DNA of 21,437 bases, taken from contig JANLPS010000328.1 in NCBI GenBank assembly GCA_031367385.1, positions 1 through 21,437 of the forward strand, given 5' to 3'. Origin of the DNA: Archangium sp. Its GTDB lineage: Bacteria > Myxococcota > Myxococcia > Myxococcales > Myxococcaceae. Below the pieces are notes generated by a model. The model was given only the letters and a program-made list of their open reading frames with translations, had not been told where the DNA came from and ran no database searches. Both the position numbers and the translations under genes were made by a program. This document shows, in pieces, positions 14,603 to 21,437 of the stretch (within the stretch, counting starts at the first letter, position 1; every line of letters starts with the position of its first letter).

Positions 14603-16069
14603 ATGACATCACGCGTTTTTGGCATCGCAGCGGCTGGGCTCCTGGCGCTCGGGTTGACGGCCTGCCCCACGCGGCCCACCGGCGGTGATGGCGGCCAAGA
14701 AATCGACTTCGATGCGGGCAACCCCGAGCCGATCAAGGCGTGCTCCGGCGGCTGCGCCGACAACCAGGTCTGCGACACCGCCAGGCGAACCTGCGTCTCG
14801 GGCTGCACCGGCGGCTGCGACGGCGGCACCTGCCTCAAGACCGGCACCGGCTTTCAGTGCGCCGCGATACCCGCCACCACCTGCGGCGGCACCAGCTGCA
14901 GCCCCGGGCAGATCGCGTGCCTGGGCGGCCAATGCAGCTGCCTCGTCAGCGCGTCGGGCACCTCAGACAGCTGCTCTCCCTACGGCCAGTGGTGCAACGG
15001 CGGCGTGTGCACGAACCCCAAGTCGCTCGAGGAGTGCCGAGTCGGGGGCCCGCCGTGCCCCAGCGGCAACACCTGCCAAGACATCTTCAACAACGGCCAC
15101 CCGCTGTGCACCAAGACCTGTAGCGGCAGCCCTCAGTGCAGCGTCGGAGAAATCTGTTTCTCGGTCGGTTGCCTGCCTTCAGCCCTCACCAGCGGCCAGG
15201 AGTGCGCCCAGCTCGCCCTGTTACCCGACGGCGGGCTCGAGACCACCAGCGACGGCGGCGTGCGGCGGTTGACGGTGCCGGTCAGCAATACCTGCCTGCT
15301 CAAAGACGACAACGGGCAGATCAGCAACGATACCGGCAAAGGGGCGGGCAACTGCACCTATGCATTCTTGAAGTTCTTCGATGACGGGTTCAGCGCGGTG
15401 AGCGTGTGCCGTGCGCCGGGTACGGTCGCCGAAGGCGGCGCCTGCCGAACCGACGCGAGCCGTAACGCCAAGGCCACCCAGTGCGGCACCGGGCTTCAGT
15501 GCATCACCACCAAGGGCGGCGACGAGGGCGTGTGTCTGCGCATGTGCAACGCGAACCCGCCCAAGTTCGGCATCGAGCCCACACCCGCGTGCAACACGGG
15601 CGAGACCTGCGTGAATCAATACCGCTACACCGACCCCCGCGACAACGCGGTGGTGGGCGTGTGCATGCAGAGCTGCAACGTGTTCGACCCGGCCAAGTAC
15701 ACCTGCGCCAAGGTCGGCACCACCAACACGAGCTGCGTGCCGACGTCGGGCAATGGCGTCATTTCTCCGACCACCGATGGCTCGGGGTTGTGTGTGCCGC
15801 AGAACGTGACCGTCGCGGCGCTGGGCGCGAGCTGCAACGAGGTCGACCCCTTTCGCGGCGCCGCATGCGGCTCGGGCCAGCTGTGCACCTCGCGAACCCT
15901 CGAAGAGCACGCCTCGTGCATCGCAGTGTGTGACACCAGCTGCAGCCCGAATGATGGTGGCACCGGCCCGTCGCGCTGCCTCACCGAGCCCAACGGCCGC
16001 TGCGCCGCAGGCACCACCTGCAAGCACATCACCTCGACCAGCGGCACCGTGCTCGGCTTCTGCGAGTAG
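14603..16069 (+). CDS. Cys-rich lipoprotein (myxobacterial type)
   Basis: ATG 14603 gives MTSRVFGIAAAGLLALGLTAC (lipobox LTAC). Dense Cys/Gly modules run to the C-terminus (...GFCE). The stop abuts the stop of the convergent gene. Confidence 0.88.
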   Translation: MTSRVFGIAAAGLLALGLTACPTRPTGGDGGQEIDFDAGNPEPIKACSGGCADNQVCDTARRTCVSGCTGGCDGGTCLKTGTGFQCAAIPATTCGGTSCSPGQIACLGGQCSCLVSASGTSDSCSPYGQWCNGGVCTNPKSLEECRVGGPPCPSGNTCQDIFNNGHPLCTKTCSGSPQCSVGEICFSVGCLPSALTSGQECAQLALLPDGGLETTSDGGVRRLTVPVSNTCLLKDDNGQISNDTGKGAGNCTYAFLKFFDDGFSAVSVCRAPGTVAEGGACRTDASRNAKATQCGTGLQCITTKGGDEGVCLRMCNANPPKFGIEPTPACNTGETCVNQYRYTDPRDNAVVGVCMQSCNVFDPAKYTCAKVGTTNTSCVPTSGNGVISPTTDGSGLCVPQNVTVAALGASCNEVDPFRGAACGSGQLCTSRTLEEHASCIAVCDTSCSPNDGGTGPSRCLTEPNGRCAAGTTCKHITSTSGTVLGFCE

Positions 16070-17593
16070 TTACAGCCCTCTCCACTTTCGGGCGCGCACG
16101 CTCTGCAGCGCATCGGCGAGCTGCTTGTTGTTCGGGGCCAGCTTGCAGGCTTCTCGAAAAGCGGCCTCCGCGGTTTCGAACTGGCCGAACTGCGCCGAGA
16201 TCGCGCCCCGAAAACGCCACGGTTCTTCGCTCTTGGGGTCTGCCTGGCTGGCCGCTTCGAGGTCGTGAATCGCTTTGGGGCCCGCGGTCGCCGGGCTGAG
16301 CTGAAATTGGGCCCACGCCAGGTACGCGAGTGACCTCGCCTTGGGCTCGATGTCGCAGGCGTATTGAAAATGCTCGGCCGCTCCGCGGTAATTGCCGGCG
16401 GTGAGCCGTTTGACGCCTTCTTGAAATTGCGTGTCGGCGTCGAGCAGGTGCGTCTTGATTCGAAATTGGGCTTCGGCGGCCGCGGGTTTGGGGCGCTGCT
16501 GAACCGGTGTCTCGCGGCGCTTGCGGTGCGCTTCGAATGAATCGAACTCGATGAGGGCGCCGTAGGCCTTGGCGTACGCCACCAGCAGTGACTCGGCCTT
16601 CTTGGCGGAGTCGCTCGACTTGAACCGCACCGGCGAGAGGGCGTTCGCCTTGGCCAGAAACGCCTTCTGAAAGGCGAGCCCATCGAACGCGACTGGCACG
16701 CCGAGCACGTCGAACGGGTCTTTGCCACGAATGGTGAGGTACTCGGTCGCCAGCACGTTCATCACGGCGACATCGTCGTCGAGAAACGGCACGCCGAGAA
16801 CCGCTGGCAGCTCGACCTCTTCAGTCACCTGCGCGGGCGGCGGTGGCGGCGGTGCCTCGACGCTCACCTCTTCGGCGAGCCCGATCATCTCGAGCACGGC
16901 CCAGGCGTAGAGCCGGCGGCGAATCTCCTCGGGCGAGAAACCTGGGCTTGCCAGCAACGAGGCGAGCGTGGGCTTCGACCTGATCAGGTGCCACAACCGC
17001 AGCTCTTTCGCCGAGAGCTTCAGCGCTTCTGACGCGTTGGGGCCCTTCGGGTTAAGCGCGAGCTGCTGCGTCGGAGCAAGCGCGAAGTGCCGCGCAAGCA
17101 ACGCCTCTGGCCACTGACTGCACCCGGTGAAGATAAGTCGCGTCGTGTTGAGCCGAATCGGCGTCTCGACCTCGAACGCTTCGGCCAGCTTCCACTTCGC
17201 GTCAGACCACCTGAAAATATCGAGCGCCCGCTGAGCGAGGTTGGCCTGCAGATGTTTGAAGAGCTCGAAGGCCGAGAGCACCTTGCGCTCGATCAGCAGC
17301 GTGCCGAGCGAGGTGCCAGCCGCGACGCTCTCCGAGAGCACCTGATGGTGTTGCGCTTCGGTCAGCTTGCCCTTGCCAACGAGCCACGCCCCGAGCGTCT
17401 CATGCAGCAAGTTCGACTCGCAGCCAACGAGCGCTCCGTCTTCGAACACCAGCTGCTTCTCGAGGTTTCGCAGACGCACCTCGAGGGTACAGGTTCGCCC
17501 GGTCGAGACGATGGCATGAAGCAACAGCGGAAATGGTGTTTCATCAAGCGAGCCTTCTTTGCGCCGCAGAAGCTCATGCCGGGGTTGAAACAC
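16070..17593 (-). CDS. DUF4388-like domain + degenerate J-like domain + TPR protein
   Basis: EGSLDETPFPLLL...TCTLEV...KQLVFEDG.LV..ESN...LG..LV..GKL (DUF4388/PatA-N-like), poly-Pro linker, DPFDVLGV...FQKAF..A..LSPVRF (J-like), and C-terminal TPR helices ending AFREACKLAPNN. Start inferred at GTG 17593 from TATAGT 7 nt upstream (track start 17614). Confidence 0.82.
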   Translation of the reverse strand: MFQPRHELLRRKEGSLDETPFPLLLHAIVSTGRTCTLEVRLRNLEKQLVFEDGALVGCESNLLHETLGAWLVGKGKLTEAQHHQVLSESVAAGTSLGTLLIERKVLSAFELFKHLQANLAQRALDIFRWSDAKWKLAEAFEVETPIRLNTTRLIFTGCSQWPEALLARHFALAPTQQLALNPKGPNASEALKLSAKELRLWHLIRSKPTLASLLASPGFSPEEIRRRLYAWAVLEMIGLAEEVSVEAPPPPPPAQVTEEVELPAVLGVPFLDDDVAVMNVLATEYLTIRGKDPFDVLGVPVAFDGLAFQKAFLAKANALSPVRFKSSDSAKKAESLLVAYAKAYGALIEFDSFEAHRKRRETPVQQRPKPAAAEAQFRIKTHLLDADTQFQEGVKRLTAGNYRGAAEHFQYACDIEPKARSLAYLAWAQFQLSPATAGPKAIHDLEAASQADPKSEEPWRFRGAISAQFGQFETAEAAFREACKLAPNNKQLADALQSVRARKWRGL

Positions 17594-17692
17594 CGAACTG
17601 ACTATACGCCCCAACGCGAGCAGCCAATGATGAGAAAGCTCTCATCGGGCCCTCAAGCAGTGGCATTCGACATCGCACATGGTGCGACTCAA

Positions 17693-18877
17693 GTGTGGCC
17701 CTTCACGTGTCTTCTGCTGGCGACGACTCCCCTCTCGTTTGACGCTGCCCTCGTGCGCGCCGACGAGACCCCGGCACTGCGCGCTGCCCAGGCCGCGACC
17801 GACGAGCGAAGGGCGATGTTGCCCACCCTGCGCAGCCTCTCGACCAACCCGCAGCTGATGCTCCAGCCCGGCTTTCGAACGCTGCCCGACCAGCCGGCCG
17901 GCCCCGAGGGCTTCGTGGTGCTTTCACAGAACATCAACCTGGGAGGCCTGGGCGCCGCGCGCAAGCGGGTGGCCGCGGGAGAAGTCGACGCCAGCACCGC
18001 CCAAAGCGCAGAGGCTCGCCACTCGCTTCGCACTGAAGTGGCCCGTGCGTGGCTCGACGCCTGGGTGGCGCGGGCCGCCGTTCGCACCACCAAAGAAGAA
18101 CGTTCGAGCTCCGCCGAGCTGGTTGCCCGCCTGCAGCGCGCGGCCGCCAACGGCTCGGTCACCCGAGTCGAAGTGGCCTCGGCCCGAACGTTCGACGCCG
18201 AAGTGCACGCGCAGGTGCTCGAGTGGGAGGGCCGAGAAGTCGACGCAAACGCCCGCCTCGCCACGCTGCTCTCGCTCGAGGAGATGCCGCAGGTGACCGA
18301 GGCGCTGCCGATGCTCGCGCCGCCGCCGCCGCCCTCGAGCCCCGACCTCTCTGGGCTGCCGCAGCTGCGGCGCCTGGGGCTCGAAGCAGAGCTCGAGACG
18401 CGCCGGGCCGATGAAGCCGCGGCGCAATGGGCGTCGCAGCTTCAGCTCTCGCTGCAGTTCGGTCACGAGTGGCAAGGGCAGTGGGTTGGCTACGCGGGCG
18501 TGGGCTTCACCCTGCCGGTCTTCGAGACCGGTCAACGCGAGCGCGCCGGCCACCGCGCGACCCGGCTGCACCTGCTGGGCTCACTGAGCGAGGGCCTCCG
18601 CGCGGCCAACATCGAGTGGCAGCGCCTGCAGCACGAGCTCGAGCACACCGAGCATGCGCTCGAGGTCATCAAGGGCGACCAATTGCCGGCGGCCACCGAA
18701 GCGGCCGACCTGGAGCAGCGCCGCTATGAGCGCGGCGAAGCCACCTTGTTTGAGGTGACGATGCTCAAACGCCAGGCCCTCGTCGCCCGTATCGCTGCCC
18801 TCATCGCTGAAACCAACGTGCTCGAAGCCCGCCACCGCGCGGCCGAGCTGAGCCGGGTGCTCGGAGAGCCTCGATGA
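17693..18877 (+). CDS. czcC: TolC-family outer-membrane efflux protein (CzcC-like)
   Basis: PLSFDAAL, LSQ.I.LGG...AR, G.VTRVEV..A, VGFTLPVF, RYERGEA.LFEV are OMF hallmarks. First gene of an ATGA-coupled CBA operon. The start is uncertain (GTG 17693 or ATG 17628/17631); the track start 17087 overlaps the opposite-strand gene. Confidence 0.82.
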   Translation: MWPFTCLLLATTPLSFDAALVRADETPALRAAQAATDERRAMLPTLRSLSTNPQLMLQPGFRTLPDQPAGPEGFVVLSQNINLGGLGAARKRVAAGEVDASTAQSAEARHSLRTEVARAWLDAWVARAAVRTTKEERSSSAELVARLQRAAANGSVTRVEVASARTFDAEVHAQVLEWEGREVDANARLATLLSLEEMPQVTEALPMLAPPPPPSSPDLSGLPQLRRLGLEAELETRRADEAAAQWASQLQLSLQFGHEWQGQWVGYAGVGFTLPVFETGQRERAGHRATRLHLLGSLSEGLRAANIEWQRLQHELEHTEHALEVIKGDQLPAATEAADLEQRRYERGEATLFEVTMLKRQALVARIAALIAETNVLEARHRAAELSRVLGEPR

Positions 18878-19875
18878 AGTCACTTCTCGTGCTGTGCCTT
18901 TTGGTGTTCGCGGGCTGTCAGGCCTCGACGCCGACGCTCGAAGCGGTGCCCCCGGCGGCGTGGAGCCGGGTTCGGGCGGGGCCGGCTGACCGACCTGTCG
19001 AAGGCCCGGCACGGGTGTTGGCGAGCCCGACGGCCGCGAGCGTGGTGACCCCCCCGTTTCGCGCCACCGTGACGCGGGTTCGCGTTCGCGAGGGCGACTC
19101 GGTCGACGCGGGTGCGCCCCTGGTCGAGGTGGTGATGCCTGAGCTGCTCGACGCCGCGGGCCGCAGTGAGGGGGCGCGGGTGCGGCTGACCGCGTGGAGC
19201 GACCGCCTCGAGCAGCTGACCGCCATGCGCGCAGAGGGGCTCGTCAAGGGGCTCGAGGTGTCAGAAGCCGCGGCGCGCGTCGCTGAGGCGCGGGCCGATC
19301 TGCAGGCCGCTCGGGCCGTGTTGCTGTCGGCGGGGCTCAGAGAGGCCGACGTCGGCGCGCTGCTCTTGGGCAACGGCGCGATCTCGCTCCGGGCTCCACA
19401 GGCCGGGGTGGTCACCCGCCTCACCGCGACCCTGGGAGAGACTCGCGACTCGACGGCCGGCCCCCTGGTCTCCCTGGCTGGCCCCGGGCCCGTTCGCGTC
19501 GAAGCCCGGTTGACGACCCCGGCGGCCTCGGGGAGCTGGGTCTTCATCGACAGCTCGGGTCAGCGGCACGCCGTGGCCCTCGTGGCTCGCGCGCCGGGGG
19601 CAGACGCCCGTGACGGCACATTTCTGGCGTGGTTCGAGCCCGCCGGTGACGCGCTGTTGGCGGGTACGCTGGGCCGCGTCGAGCTCGAGACAGGCGCCGG
19701 TTCAACGCGTTTTCTGGTGCCCGCCACGGCCATCCGCCGCGACTCCAAGGGGAGCAGCGTGCTCACCCGTCGCGCCGAGGTGCCGGTCTCGGTCGGCCGC
19801 TGCGAAGGCGAAGACTGCCTGGTCACTGGAGCCCTGACCACTGATGATGAGCTCTCCCCGAGGCCGAACCCATGA
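18874..19875 (+). CDS. czcB: RND efflux periplasmic adaptor subunit (CzcB-like), lipoprotein
   Basis: Lipobox FAGC; lipoyl half-motifs V.RVRVREGDSVDAGAPLVEV and LRAPQAGVV around a helical hairpin; VPATAI. ATGA overlaps at both ends. Confidence 0.88.
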   Translation: MKSLLVLCLLVFAGCQASTPTLEAVPPAAWSRVRAGPADRPVEGPARVLASPTAASVVTPPFRATVTRVRVREGDSVDAGAPLVEVVMPELLDAAGRSEGARVRLTAWSDRLEQLTAMRAEGLVKGLEVSEAAARVAEARADLQAARAVLLSAGLREADVGALLLGNGAISLRAPQAGVVTRLTATLGETRDSTAGPLVSLAGPGPVRVEARLTTPAASGSWVFIDSSGQRHAVALVARAPGADARDGTFLAWFEPAGDALLAGTLGRVELETGAGSTRFLVPATAIRRDSKGSSVLTRRAEVPVSVGRCEGEDCLVTGALTTDDELSPRPNP

Positions 19876-21437
19876 TTCGGCGCCTGGTCGAGCTCTCCGT
19901 CGATAACGCCCGAGCGGTGGTGGCCACCACCCTGCTGCTCGCCCTCGCAGCGGGCGGGCTGGCTAGCCGCCTCGAGCTCGACGCGCTGCCCGACCTCACC
20001 AACAATCAAGTGTTGGTGCTCGCCAACGCCCCCGGCCTCACCCCAGAGGAAGTCGAGCGGCTGGTGATTCGGCCCATTGAGGTGGCGACCGCTGGCGCGC
20101 CAGGGCTTGAAGAGCAGCGCAGCATCGCCCGCTATGGCCTGGGTGCCGTGACGCTTGTCTTTCGAGATGACGTACCCGTGTATCTCGCGCGCCAGCTGGT
20201 GACCGAGCGGCTCGCCTCGCTCTCGTTGCCACCCTCGGTTCGCAACGTTGAGCTGGGGCCGGTGACCGGCGGGTTGGGCGAGGTGTTTCAGTTCACGCTC
20301 CGCTCAGACGCGCGGTCGCTCGCCGAGCTGCAAGAGCTCGTGCAGCTGCAGGTCGCTCCGATGCTCAAGGCCATCGCCGGGGTGGTCGAGGTGAATTCAT
20401 GGGGCGGGGCGCAGCGAAGCTTCGAGGTGCTGGCCGACGCGACGCGGTTATCGCAGCGCGGGCTCTCGTTGCGTGAGCTGGGCGCCGCCATCGAAGCGTC
20501 GACGGGCACCGCGGCCGGGGCGTCGTTGCCCAATGGGGCCGGGCAGGTGCTGCTGCGCGGGCAGGCGCTGCCGGTCGATGCGCAAGCGCTCGGGGCCGCG
20601 ATCGTCGCCCGCGAGGCCAGCAGCACCGGCGCCCCGAGGGTCACCCGCGTCGCTGACGTGGCCCGGCTGCAAGAGGGTGAGCTTTTGCGCATCGGCGCAG
20701 CGACCCGAGATGGGCAGGGCGAAGTCGTCTACGTGATGGCCCAGATGCTGCGCGGCGCCAATGCGCTCGAGGTCGTCTCGTTGCTCGAGGGCGGCATGGC
20801 CCGGGTTCGCGCCGCGCTGCCCCAAGACGTGAAGATCGACGTCGTCTACGACCGCAGCGTGCTCGTCAAAGGCACCCTGCGCACCGTGGCCAAGAACCTG
20901 GTGGAGGGCGGCATTCTGGTGATGGCGGTGCTGCTGCTGATGTTGGGCAGCCTGCGCGCCGGCCTGCTGGTGGCCTCGGCGATACCGCTGTCGATGCTGT
21001 TCGCGACGGCGGTGATGACCGCCGCCGGTATCCCCGGCAACTTGATGTCGCTGGGCGCGGTCGACTTTGGCCTCCTCGTCGATGGCGCGGTGGTGATGGT
21101 CGAGGGGCTCTTCGCGGCCCTCGCGCTGCTCCCGCGGGCAGAGCTCGAGGGCCTGAGTCGCGAGCGCTTGCGCGCGCACGTGCGCGACACGGTGAGCCGG
21201 GTCGGGCGCCCGGTGTTCTTTTCGGTGCTGATCATTCTGCTCGTGTACGTGCCGGTGCTCGCGCTGACCGGCGCCGATGGCAAGCTCTTCAGGCCGATGG
21301 CGCTCACCGTGGTCTTCGCCCTCGCCGCCTCGCTGCTGCTCTCGCTCACCTTCGTGCCCGCCGCGGCGGCGCTGTTTCTGAGGGCCAAAGACGTGCCCCG
21401 CCGCGAGCCCTGGCTGGTTCGGGTGCGCGAGCACGTC
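19872..21437 (+). CDS. czcA: CzcA/CusA-family heavy-metal RND permease; 3'-partial
   Basis: Not in the ORF track because there is no stop in the window. Manual translation gives MIRRLVELSV...LDALPDLTNNQV...APGLTPEEVERLV..PIE...YLARQLVTERL...GLGEVFQF...YDRS.LV...NLVEG...IPLSMLF...GNLMSLGAVDFGLLVDGAVVMVE. The DFG...DG...E TM4 pattern is CzcA-type. Confidence 0.95.
   Translation, partial: MIRRLVELSVDNARAVVATTLLLALAAGGLASRLELDALPDLTNNQVLVLANAPGLTPEEVERLVIRPIEVATAGAPGLEEQRSIARYGLGAVTLVFRDDVPVYLARQLVTERLASLSLPPSVRNVELGPVTGGLGEVFQFTLRSDARSLAELQELVQLQVAPMLKAIAGVVEVNSWGGAQRSFEVLADATRLSQRGLSLRELGAAIEASTGTAAGASLPNGAGQVLLRGQALPVDAQALGAAIVAREASSTGAPRVTRVADVARLQEGELLRIGAATRDGQGEVVYVMAQMLRGANALEVVSLLEGGMARVRAALPQDVKIDVVYDRSVLVKGTLRTVAKNLVEGGILVMAVLLLMLGSLRAGLLVASAIPLSMLFATAVMTAAGIPGNLMSLGAVDFGLLVDGAVVMVEGLFAALALLPRAELEGLSRERLRAHVRDTVSRVGRPVFFSVLIILLVYVPVLALTGADGKLFRPMALTVVFALAASLLLSLTFVPAAAALFLRAKDVPRREPWLVRVREHV

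Noticed and set aside
16067..16072. Convergent stop codons abutting with zero gap
   Set aside because: Real, but common in compact high-GC genomes, and there is no further evidence of antisense regulation.
17087..17692. ~200-aa N-terminal extension of the TolC-family protein
   Set aside because: Mostly antisense to the DUF4388 gene. OMF-like sequence begins only near 17693-17730.

Overview
High-GC bacterial DNA whose gene content (Cys-rich lipoproteins, DUF4388/TPR protein, secreted S1 protease) points to Myxococcota; this taxonomy is an inference. In order: the 3' part of a trypsin-like protease with a terminator; a tandem 18-bp palindrome; a 909-aa Cys-repeat/FG-GAP lipoprotein; and an accessory block (about 3.9-9.3 kb). 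That block holds a lower-GC orphan gene pair on the minus strand (effector/immunity-like layout) and a translationally coupled SCP2-like protein plus a divergent glycogen-synthase-like (GT5) enzyme with a ~250-aa N-terminal extension and no KTGGL motif. Then come a DmpA aminopeptidase, an uncalled 41-aa basic protein, a small lipoprotein, a HAD phosphatase, a Phd/VapC toxin-antitoxin pair with an operator over its -10 box, a putative outer-membrane barrel protein, a Cys-rich lipoprotein, a DUF4388/degenerate-J/TPR protein, and a czcCBA-type efflux operon running off the end. The best candidate for an undescribed system is the SCP2 + atypical GT5 module, which is preceded by a 47-bp collapsed copy of the 5' end of dmpA that looks like a rearrangement scar. 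Several genes appear to be leaderless. No rRNA, tRNA, CRISPR array, transposase or integrase was recognised. All calls are by eye, without database searches.
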